DNA of 25,394 nucleotides from a virus (Duplodnaviria; Caudoviricetes): IMG/VR virus record IMGVR_UViG_3300025889_000867, positions 1 to 25,394 of that record; one strand, 5' to 3'. Shown piece by piece: positions 18,180 to 25,312 of this stretch (position 1 is its first letter; each line of letters starts with the position of its first letter). The notes under the pieces were generated by a model. It saw only the letters and a program-made list of their open reading frames with translations, ran no database searches and was not told where the DNA came from. The position numbers and the translations under genes were made by a program.

Positions 18180-19067
18180 TTATGCTTCCGAACATTTGAT
18201 TTCAACAACTTTTCCTTCTTCCATTCGAGTTGCCCCGAAAGAAGCAGAACAGTATACTTGGGTAGCATTTCTTTTGTCACGTCTAGGACCGATGTCTACT
18301 TGAACATCAGCACCAACGGCCAATAGAAGCCCAGACTTAGCATAAGCGATCACTCTTCTGTAACTATTTGAGTCAGCTGCAACTCTTTCAGTTCTAATGA
18401 AATTGAAACCCATGAAAGTGTTGATATCACCTTGTACCAAAGCTTTGACTGAGTTATAGTCAGAGTTTGTTACTTCAGTTGTTTGCAACAAGTCATTGAT
18501 TTGCTTAGAAGTTACAACAATGAATCTTGGATCTGAAGGATCAACTTCATTTGAATCCAGAATTCTTTTTGCTTCTCTAAGTTTTCCAATTGTTAGACCT
18601 GAGTTCGTAGCAGAACCAGTCTCAACGTAGTTAACAGCGATTTGATCACCAGCAGGGAACGACACTGAAGAGCTTCCAGTCTTACCTGTGTAAGCAGTAC
18701 CAAAAGCAGCTCCGATGATAATGTCATCCATTTTTCTGCCAAGTGCCCAAGCGGCGTTTTGCGCGTAAGGAGATGCAGGGTCGATTAAAAGTCTGATTCT
18801 ATCAGTTCTGTCAATCATGTCCGCCCAATCAAAGTCTCTTAATGACACTTGTCTTCTGTCATGAGGAGTTGAGATAAGCGGAGTGTCAGAATGTCTAGAA
18901 GTAACTTCTACCGCATCCACACTTCCTATACGATCATAGTATTCAAACTCAGCGTTTTGTGTTTCAACCCTTACAAATGGTCTAAGTCTAGAACCTTTTT
19001 GTTGTAAAAGGTGTTCAACGTTAGCTCTGTATTGGTTCACAAAAGCTGTTGTTATATTTACAGACAT
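18180..19067 (-). CDS. Major capsid protein, 295 aa
   Basis: FVNQY..NV..LLQQ.GSRLR, ALGRKMDDIII.AA, LVQGDINTFMGF.FI, GATRMEE..VVEI; GGAGG RBS at 19077-19081; follows scaffold. Confidence 0.92.
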   Translation of the reverse strand: MSVNITTAFVNQYRANVEHLLQQKGSRLRPFVRVETQNAEFEYYDRIGSVDAVEVTSRHSDTPLISTPHDRRQVSLRDFDWADMIDRTDRIRLLIDPASPYAQNAAWALGRKMDDIIIGAAFGTAYTGKTGSSSVSFPAGDQIAVNYVETGSATNSGLTIGKLREAKRILDSNEVDPSDPRFIVVTSKQINDLLQTTEVTNSDYNSVKALVQGDINTFMGFNFIRTERVAADSNSYRRVIAYAKSGLLLAVGADVQVDIGPRRDKRNATQVYCSASFGATRMEEGKVVEIKCSEA

Positions 19068-19108
19068 ACTATGTTGCCTCCGTGTTTACGTTGTTGTTAT
19101 TATTAATC

Positions 19109-19193
19109 GCGAACGCTACCCAAATATATGGACATTCACTTGCATTTTACGTCTCTGCCTTCATCGACGAGTGGACCTTTACGGCTACCCACT
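19109..19193 (-). ncRNA. Structured 5' leader of the capsid gene (candidate cis-regulatory RNA)
   Basis: Hairpins at 19170-19193 and 19109-19139 each contain GGGUAGC paired to GUCC with a UAG bulge; short CGUC/GACG stem at 19150-19169 between them. Confidence 0.55.
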
Positions 19194-19201
19194 TCTACCA
19201 A

Positions 19202-19230
19202 CTATATAACTAGTTAATAAATTCGTACAT
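19202..19230 (-). promoter_or_regulatory. Candidate late promoter, copy upstream of the capsid leader
   Basis: 21/29 identical to 24597-24625; contains TATAGT -10-like hexamer just 5' of the first leader hairpin. Confidence 0.5.
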
Positions 19231-19242
19231 ACTTATTTTACA

Positions 19243-20088
19243 CTAGCTAATCGGAGTTTCATCAGGATATGCTAATTGGAACAGATTATTCATCTTCTGT
19301 ACCGCTTCAGCATGACCTCCATGGTCTCCACTATTATATGCTTGCATAAAATCACTATCCCTGTTATATCTAGCTATTTCTTGTCTAGCTTGATCAGGTG
19401 TCATGGTAAATGAACGTTGAGTAGTAGCATCGGATCTTCCTTCAGCTAAACCTTCGCCAATTTTAGCGAACATTTTAACTATCATAGGATTATTACCCAT
19501 GCCAGTATTATCTAACCAGTCATTAAGCTCTGGAGAACCATACGTTTGTACAGCTCTTTGAGCTAAATCAACACGCTCATCATAAGCTTTTCCAAATTCT
19601 TTTTTCAAAGAATCTACCCATTGAGAAGCTTGACCTGCAGCGTCTTGACCTTCTGATGTTACCTTACCGTTTACATATTCGTGGTAACCATCAAATAATG
19701 TTTTAGCTTGTTTAGATGTCAATCCAGCTTGATGCGCTAAATTTTTAAATGCGCCTTCAAATTGCTCGTCATATTCTAAACCTTCAGCCATAACAGGTCT
19801 ATCACCAAAGTTATATGCATCTGGTTGTTCAGGTCTGCCTAGACTGTCATAAAACTGTCCCCATTCCTGATCAGTTGCAGTATCTCCTGGTAAAGAGATT
19901 CTGTTTTTGCCTATTAGCTTTTGGCTATTTATATAGCTTTTAGCTAAGTTACCAACATCTTTAATGTCAGTTAATGAAGGGTCAGATCGTAAATCTTCAG
20001 GTATAGCAGTTCTCCAATCTTGCGTAGGAGCAGCTGAGCTACCCGCATCAGTTACAACGGACCCAGTTTGAGTTATTTCATCACTCAT
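19243..20088 (-). CDS. Capsid assembly scaffolding protein, 281 aa
   Basis: Acidic; DW...IPEDL, LAKSY..SQK.IG, LGRPE.PD.Y, LKKEFG.AYD, GMGNNP..VKMF.KIG; between portal and capsid; GGAGG RBS. Confidence 0.85.
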   Translation of the reverse strand: MSDEITQTGSVVTDAGSSAAPTQDWRTAIPEDLRSDPSLTDIKDVGNLAKSYINSQKLIGKNRISLPGDTATDQEWGQFYDSLGRPEQPDAYNFGDRPVMAEGLEYDEQFEGAFKNLAHQAGLTSKQAKTLFDGYHEYVNGKVTSEGQDAAGQASQWVDSLKKEFGKAYDERVDLAQRAVQTYGSPELNDWLDNTGMGNNPMIVKMFAKIGEGLAEGRSDATTQRSFTMTPDQARQEIARYNRDSDFMQAYNSGDHGGHAEAVQKMNNLFQLAYPDETPIS

Positions 20089-20338
20089 TGATTGCCTCCA
20101 TGTTTATCATGTTTTTAAAGTCCTCAGGTTTTTTATTGAGAAACTTTAGTATTGAAACTACGATACGTCTCATACCTTCACGGTGAGCTGTTTCGTAGGC
20201 ATCGCCTGGACAATGTGTTGTCTCAAAGACGAATCCTTGTTTACAAAGATGAGATAAAACAATTTCTCCATCTTTTGATGTAAATACTTTTTTATAATGT
20301 TCGTTGAGCTTTTCAAGCCCTAGTGGTTTTTTAGCCAA
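20081..20338 (-). CDS. Small conserved protein between portal and scaffold (Bbp19-like), 85 aa
   Basis: YK.VF.S.DG..VL..L and TA.REG.R.VV..I motifs; position. Confidence 0.75.
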   Translation of the reverse strand: MAKKPLGLEKLNEHYKKVFTSKDGEIVLSHLCKQGFVFETTHCPGDAYETAHREGMRRIVVSILKFLNKKPEDFKNMINMEAINE

Positions 20339-21959
20339 TTGTTAATCCTTGTTGTTTTGCTCGCTGAGCTTCAGCAACATTTTTCATAGATTGGCTTTCT
20401 TGTTGTGCACGTTCTGCCTCCATCATAGCTTGTTGTTGCTCAGCTCGCTGTTGTCGTTCTTGTTCAACTGCGTCTTTATCATTTAATATCTGAGGTGGAG
20501 CATCTAATAAATGATGGAAATATCTGAATGTTTCATCAGTATTCATATTATCTAAAAGATCAGGTTTAACTTGGAATAAAGGAACCATACTTTCAAATAA
20601 TCTTGTAACTGTCATTAATTGACCTGATTTTTGTGCTCTTGCTAATGGTGATGTATATTCTATCTTCATATTTTGACCTTGTAAAATAGAAGGCACATCA
20701 GGTAATTTCTTCTGTCTTGACATAATTTTAAACACACGATTGATTAGTGGACCTAAAAATTCTACTTGTAGTCTACCAACCATTGGTCCCATTAATCTCA
20801 TTTTTTCTTCTTGTCTAGCTATAACCTCAGTAGCTGTCATATTAGGACCGCCTTTTTGTTCTGGCATCTTTAACCAATCAACATGAAATGCAGACATAAT
20901 ATGTTCTCTTCTATTTTGAAGAATCTCAAAACCAATATCAGGTCTAGCATTAGTTACTAATGGTTCAATCTTGTCCTGAGTGCCAGATCTATAAAAATTT
21001 AGTCCACCTGGCACGGTTCTCACAGGGAGTATGAAACCATCATCAGGAACAAGTAAAGGGGGATCGGTTACTTTTTGTGCAGCTTTAATAATAGTTTTCA
21101 TCATTGTATTTACCATTTTGATATCTGGTAAAGATGTCATTGATGGTGATCTACCATATATTTCGCCTGCAACTTTTTGCCAACGAGGTACCATATATGG
21201 AAACTCATCATAGCCGCCTTCTTCAAGCAAAGCTTTTTCTTCTACTAAAACATAACAAGATTTAAAATTCTTTTTTGTTGGGTTTTTATAAGGCTCACCA
21301 TATGTTTCAGAAGGTTCTACTGCATGAATAACTTCAAATTCTTTATAAGGGTCTTTTTCTGCTATTTGTTTAACTTTTTCAGGAACAGCATCACCAAATC
21401 TTTCCATAAGTTGTCTGGCTGTTCTTTTATATTTTCTGTATAACGTATCAACAAATCCTGCATCATTTTCTTGTATATAACAATCAGCTAAGTGATAAGT
21501 TCTAAATGTAATACCTTTACCTGGCATATCTTGTACCATCATAACTCCGGTACCAAATGCACCAAGGTCTAAATATAATTCATGTGCTTGACTATTAAAA
21601 TTACTGCTAGGAAGATTGAATACTTGGTCATAAAGAATAGTTGTTGCTCTGTCTAACCATTCTTTAACAGCAAGTTCTTTGTTTAGTTCATCATCAAATG
21701 TTCTTAATGAAAACCATTTTTGTGAAGGTGAAGTTAGGAAACTATGCAAGCCTGACGCTAACTGCTCATTGGCTAATGGTGCAGTAGTATCATAAATCAA
21801 GTCGTATCTTGACTGATCTCCTCTATATCGTATAGTAGAAAAATCACCTCTGTTAGGATTCACATAATTTGCGCAATCCTGCCATAGATTTTCCCAAGGA
21901 GACCGGAACCCTCTTAAAGATTCCTGTTTTGTTATAATCCTAGTAACTAGGTCTGTCAT
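20331..21959 (-). CDS. Portal (head-to-tail connector) protein, 542 aa
   Basis: WE..WQD...Y..P, IYDTTA..A...LASGL...LTSP...WF, DLGAFGTG, VPRW....GE.YGRSP, MTATEV..R..E....GP. Confidence 0.93.
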   Translation of the reverse strand: MTDLVTRIITKQESLRGFRSPWENLWQDCANYVNPNRGDFSTIRYRGDQSRYDLIYDTTAPLANEQLASGLHSFLTSPSQKWFSLRTFDDELNKELAVKEWLDRATTILYDQVFNLPSSNFNSQAHELYLDLGAFGTGVMMVQDMPGKGITFRTYHLADCYIQENDAGFVDTLYRKYKRTARQLMERFGDAVPEKVKQIAEKDPYKEFEVIHAVEPSETYGEPYKNPTKKNFKSCYVLVEEKALLEEGGYDEFPYMVPRWQKVAGEIYGRSPSMTSLPDIKMVNTMMKTIIKAAQKVTDPPLLVPDDGFILPVRTVPGGLNFYRSGTQDKIEPLVTNARPDIGFEILQNRREHIMSAFHVDWLKMPEQKGGPNMTATEVIARQEEKMRLMGPMVGRLQVEFLGPLINRVFKIMSRQKKLPDVPSILQGQNMKIEYTSPLARAQKSGQLMTVTRLFESMVPLFQVKPDLLDNMNTDETFRYFHHLLDAPPQILNDKDAVEQERQQRAEQQQAMMEAERAQQESQSMKNVAEAQRAKQQGLTIG

Positions 21960-22166
21960 CTATGCTCCTAATAACGTTTTTCTAACAATAGTTGCTTCAT
22001 CCTCAGCACCTTGACCACTTGTTAATATAGTTTGTCTTCTACCATATCTTTTACCAGCTTGTCTTCGTGCATCAGCAGCAGCAGGTGCGGCATCAGCCGG
22101 AGTAGGCGTTGGTGGTGGCGGTGGTGGTGGGGGTGGCGCTTTGGGTTTTGAAAATACTCCTCCCAT
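21960..22166 (-). CDS. Small Pro-rich basic virion protein (T7 gp7.3 position), 68 aa
   Basis: MGG.FSKPK-polyPro, GRRQTILTS and KTLLG; immediately upstream of portal; GGAGG RBS. Confidence 0.75.
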   Translation of the reverse strand: MGGVFSKPKAPPPPPPPPPTPTPADAAPAAADARRQAGKRYGRRQTILTSGQGAEDEATIVRKTLLGA

Positions 22167-22168
22167 AG

Positions 22169-23464
22169 TTATCCTCCTAATACGTTGTATTCACCATCGG
22201 CGTAAGTTGGGAGCTTACGGCCTTTGTTAATATTATCCCTTGTTCCCAATGCAAGGTATCGAAACGCGTCAGCAGCATGACTTGTCCAATCATGCAAAGG
22301 TTTATCACGATAAACTTTTCTTTTTTCGTCATAATCCTTACGATACTGTCTTAACGCTTCTACTAGTATATTACATCGTTTTTCATCGAAATAACACCTA
22401 GGAATTACTGTTCTTGCAGCTTCTATACCATCATCTATTAACACATTCGGGCAGATTGTAAACCTTAATCCTAGTGCATTTGCTACTTCCCATCTAGACT
22501 TACCGGTACCCATTTCTCTAACCTTAATATCATGAGGTGCTATATGTTTACCATATAAATAATCCTTTTCTCTAAGCACCTTAATATAATGGGACATGCC
22601 TTCTCCTTGATTTTCATAGTAATCTATTATCCGATATTCTTGACCAAATTGTTGAAAGAATATTATACTAGTACTATCACCCATACCTAAGTCCCATGAT
22701 GTATGGACCTCTAATCTAGGCTCATATGGAACCTTATTAATTCTTCCGTCTGCTAAAGCTTTAGCCATTAAGCTACCATAATAAGAACCAACTAATGGTG
22801 CATCAAAGCTACAATAAAATTCTTGTTGTATTAGTTCATCTGGCATTCCTGCATCTCGTTCTTCTTCAATTGCATCTTGGCCAATAACCTTCGTATCTTC
22901 AATCGTAAGTCGTTGACTAAACCATCTTTCGTTTTTAGAAGCCATATTAAACATATCATAGCCATGGTTTCTTCCTCTAGCTGTATAAATAAAAACTGCC
23001 CAGCCACCATTTTCTGCAAGGATAGGTCTTATCAGATCCCAGGCGCGTGGGTCTTGAAGTGAGTACTCAGAAAAGACAACACCAACAGGATTTGATCCAA
23101 CTAATCGGTCAACGTTATCAGTTCCTACAACTTGATAGATAGAACCATTTTTAAGTTCTAATCTCATGTCAGTATTATTAACTGCTCCCCATAATGGTTT
23201 TGGAAATGCTTCTAAAAATGCTTTACCATCTTTAGTCATACCATCCCATATAATTTTTCTTCCTTGGTTATATGTAGGTAATAAATGCCAATATAAACCT
23301 TTACGTTTAATAGCTGCTGTTGCACACCAATTTACTGCAAGTAAATCTTTTCCTGCTCGTCTATGCCAAACTGCTACAGCTCTCTTACCACCTTTTTCTA
23401 AATAGTTCCAAAGGTGCAGTTGATAGTCACGAGGTCTCCAATCATAAGGGACCGTTATATCCAT
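22169..23464 (-). CDS. terL: Terminase large subunit, 431 aa
   Basis: PRDYQ adenine motif, Walker A HRRAGKD, Walker B-like GVVFSE, coupling motif FIYT, QEFYCSF, nuclease WDLG..D and SHAADAFRY. Confidence 0.95.
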   Translation of the reverse strand: MDITVPYDWRPRDYQLHLWNYLEKGGKRAVAVWHRRAGKDLLAVNWCATAAIKRKGLYWHLLPTYNQGRKIIWDGMTKDGKAFLEAFPKPLWGAVNNTDMRLELKNGSIYQVVGTDNVDRLVGSNPVGVVFSEYSLQDPRAWDLIRPILAENGGWAVFIYTARGRNHGYDMFNMASKNERWFSQRLTIEDTKVIGQDAIEEERDAGMPDELIQQEFYCSFDAPLVGSYYGSLMAKALADGRINKVPYEPRLEVHTSWDLGMGDSTSIIFFQQFGQEYRIIDYYENQGEGMSHYIKVLREKDYLYGKHIAPHDIKVREMGTGKSRWEVANALGLRFTICPNVLIDDGIEAARTVIPRCYFDEKRCNILVEALRQYRKDYDEKRKVYRDKPLHDWTSHAADAFRYLALGTRDNINKGRKLPTYADGEYNVLGG

Positions 23465-23467
23465 ATA

Positions 23468-23770
23468 TTAATCTTCTTTTTCTTCTTTGCTATCTGCAAA
23501 ACTTAATACGTTAACATTAAATCCACCATCTAATGTACCATCTAATTCTACAGCTTTACGTTTAGGCGCAACGTATTGTGCAAGTTCTTTGTTTGCTTGA
23601 AATCTAAGCTCTGGTGTATTATTTACATCCATAGATATATTAGCCAATGCTTCTATTGGATCACAACCTAATGCTTCTAATTTTTCTTGCACTGCTTTAG
23701 ACTTTTCGTTTAAAGAACCTTTTGGTCTACCAGCACCTTCTCTAAATCCACCTGCTCCTTTTACGCTCAT
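23468..23770 (-). CDS. terS: Terminase small subunit, 100 aa
   Basis: GG.REGAGRPKGS.N N-terminus, A.KELAQY..PK.KAVE; directly upstream of terL. Confidence 0.8.
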   Translation of the reverse strand: MSVKGAGGFREGAGRPKGSLNEKSKAVQEKLEALGCDPIEALANISMDVNNTPELRFQANKELAQYVAPKRKAVELDGTLDGGFNVNVLSFADSKEEKED

Positions 23771-23931
23771 ACTTTTGCCTTCCTTATGGCTCCTAGGTTT
23801 TTATATTTATTTTGTTTAGTCATCATTTCTTCTTCATAGATTTTATGCCCATGCATACCTGTGCTATACCCATGCTTCTTATGAGCAACGGGTCTTGTTA
23901 ATATAGTTGTTCCATTTGTTTTCTTTGCCAT
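23767..23931 (-). CDS. Small basic His/Lys-rich protein, 54 aa (not in ORF track)
   Basis: MAKKTNGTTILTRPVAHKKHGYSTGMHGHKIYEEEMMTKQNKYKNLGAIRKAKV; TAATG overlap upstream and ATGA overlap with terS. Confidence 0.75.
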   Translation of the reverse strand: MAKKTNGTTILTRPVAHKKHGYSTGMHGHKIYEEEMMTKQNKYKNLGAIRKAKV

Positions 23932-24086
23932 TATGCTTTACGTGTTAATACTGTTTTACCTTGTGATCTTTTAAAATCTTCTTTTGTAGGAGCTCCTTTG
24001 GAACCAGGTTTTCTCATACGTTCTCCTGAACCTGATGCTATACGTTTTCTCTTAGCATGTATATTATCCCAAAGACCCCTAGGCAT
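23931..24086 (-). CDS. Small basic protein of a widespread marine phage family, 51 aa (not in ORF track)
   Basis: MPRGLWDNIHAKRKRIASGSGERMRKPGSKGAPTKEDFKRSQGKTVLTRKA; matches the recalled GL..NIHAKRKRI..GSGE.MRKPGSKGAPT pattern; AGGAG RBS; TAATG overlaps on both sides. Confidence 0.85.
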   Translation of the reverse strand: MPRGLWDNIHAKRKRIASGSGERMRKPGSKGAPTKEDFKRSQGKTVLTRKA

Positions 24087-24202
24087 TAAAATATAACCGC
24101 TCCTAAAATGAAAGCAACAATGACTGCAATAATGCAGTGTTTATGTTGTTTAAGGTTTGCGATCTTGTTTTCCGTCTTGTCCAGCATGTACCACAGATCC
24201 AT
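24086..24202 (-). CDS. Small tail-anchored membrane protein, 38 aa (not in ORF track)
   Basis: MDLWYMLDKTENKIANLKQHKHCIIAVIVAFILGAVIF; GAGGAGG RBS; stop coupled to the next start (TAATG). Confidence 0.7.
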   Translation of the reverse strand: MDLWYMLDKTENKIANLKQHKHCIIAVIVAFILGAVIF

Positions 24203-24356
24203 TTAATTCCTCCTCTAATACCTCGAATGTAGCGACTTGATTTGCTTCAAGTCTAACCATCTTACGAGCTTGTTCATAACTATCTGCTTCTAGAAATATT
24301 ACGTGGACATTTGCCAACATATCTGGCTTTGTCATTAAACGTATTCTCCAGTGCAT
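24150..24356 (-). CDS. Hypothetical protein, 68 aa
   Basis: Fills the gap between neighbours; last 53 nt overlap the 38-aa ORF in another frame. Confidence 0.55.
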   Translation of the reverse strand: MHWRIRLMTKPDMLANVHVIFLEADSYEQARKMVRLEANQVATFEVLEEELNGSVVHAGQDGKQDRKP

Positions 24357-24361
24357 TCATA

Positions 24362-24589
24362 TTATATATCACTTTTAGGTATTCTATCACACCAAAATTT
24401 TACGTAAACGTCTATTTTTTCTGGTTCAGGTAGACTCTCATGCATAGCGATATACATCTGTTTTGACTTATCATAGCCTTGTACAGCACATTCATACTTG
24501 GTATTGTATAACTCAGGTAATACTCCTGGTGAAGCGCAGCCAAACGCTACTGAACATATCTGTAGAACTAGTGCAAATGCATATTCCAT
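24362..24589 (-). CDS. Small four-cysteine protein with hydrophobic N-terminus, 75 aa
   Basis: ALVLQICS....C.......Y....ECAV.GY......YVKFWC; first gene of the operon; no SD visible. Confidence 0.7.
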   Translation of the reverse strand: MEYAFALVLQICSVAFGCASPGVLPELYNTKYECAVQGYDKSKQMYIAMHESLPEPEKIDVYVKFWCDRIPKSDI

Positions 24590-24596
24590 ACTACTG

Positions 24597-24625
24597 CTAT
24601 ATAACGAATTACGTTATTAGTATAT
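24597..24625 (-). promoter_or_regulatory. Candidate late-operon promoter with overlapping inverted repeat
   Basis: 21/29 identical to 19202-19230; includes ATAACG-N5-CGTTAT at 24601-24617. Confidence 0.5.
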
Positions 24626-24774
24626 TATATTTATTGGCATTCGCCATCGGTTTAGTAATTTTTTTCTCGATATCTCCTATAGTAGTACCTAATTGATTTA
24701 TCCGATGTACATAGTTATTTTATCCGTTGGCAAAAACGGCCCTACCAAAATTTCTGGGTTAGTGTAAAACTTTT

Positions 24775-24828
24775 CGGGCGCGTCGTTTGCGGGCCCCGGG
24801 CCTCGCGACTGGGCACATGTGTCAGGGC
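24775..24828. other. GC-rich quasi-palindromic island in the non-coding divergence region (candidate packaging/terminus site)
   Basis: 41 of 54 nt are G/C in an AT-rich genome; centre GCGGGCCC-C-GGGCCTCGC; flanked by T and A tracts. Confidence 0.4.
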
Positions 24829-25044
24829 AAAAAACGTTTTTCATTACTAGCAATGATTAATGCATAATAACAAGAGCAATTCGCACCAAAGATCTCGATT
24901 TGACAGGGAGAATGTAGAGTCTTTTGATTCATTTTGATTGTTTATCAAATTATCCGTGATAGTTGTTAGTGTCATTTAACTAGATTATGTAGTGTACAAG
25001 AACGGATTAATGTGCTACAACGGACGAAAGAGAGGAGGATTATT

Positions 25045-25266
25045 ATGGCAGAGAATATTACAAAAGTAACTGTCGAATACAATAATGGTAGAAAGATTGA
25101 ATACGATTCAAATGAAATACTGTTTACAATATTCGATCGTGAAGACACTGGAGTTCTAGAAATGTCAAATGACAAGTGGAAAAAGATTGTGTCTGAATGT
25201 CAAGAAGGCTTCTCAGAAAACTGCAATGAGCAGCTGGTCAATATATTAAATATCTACGATAACTAA
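25045..25266 (+). CDS. Hypothetical acidic protein, 73 aa; first gene of the divergent (probably early) unit
   Basis: GAGGAGG RBS before ATG at 25045 (MAENITKV...), preferred over the GTG at 25012. Confidence 0.75.
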   Translation: MAENITKVTVEYNNGRKIEYDSNEILFTIFDREDTGVLEMSNDKWKKIVSECQEGFSENCNEQLVNILNIYDN

Positions 25267-25276
25267 AAATATATCA

Positions 25277-25312
25277 ATAGCTCTAGTCTGATTCATATTA
25301 GATTAGAGCTAT
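25277..25312 (+). terminator. 16-bp RNA hairpin after the plus-strand gene (terminator or processing stem)
   Basis: ATAGCTCTAGTCTGAT-TCAT-ATTAGATTAGAGCTAT; both DNA mismatches are G-U pairs on the plus strand; no immediate U-tract. Confidence 0.55.

Noticed and set aside
18166-18230. Programmed frameshift or readthrough extending the capsid protein (T7 10A/10B style)
   Set aside because: Capsid ends in tandem TAA TAA, no clear slippery heptamer near the end, and the next gene has its own AAGGAG RBS.
22100-22166. Poly-Pro GGT/GGC run as a contingency repeat, and MG...S as a myristoylation signal
   Set aside because: Mixed Pro codons in frame; such N-termini are usual for this small phage protein, and N-myristoylation is not expected in a bacterial host.
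2639-23514. Plus-strand ORFs in the track (e.g. 2800-3078, 3810-4124, 10879-11202, 23166-23405) and nested minus ORF 22831-23019
   Set aside because: Antisense or out-of-frame shadows of well-supported genes, with no recognisable motifs.
24900-24930. Sigma70 promoter from TTGACA at 24900-24905
   Set aside because: No convincing -10 hexamer at 16-18 bp spacing.
24698-24958. DnaA boxes (three TTATCC starts)
   Set aside because: All continue with G (TTATCCGAT/GTT/GTG) and miss the ACA end of TTATCCACA; kept only as an unexplained repeat.
24463-25175. ORFs 24463-24696 (+) and 24972-25175 (-)
   Set aside because: Each overlaps a better-supported gene on the opposite strand and lacks a clear RBS.
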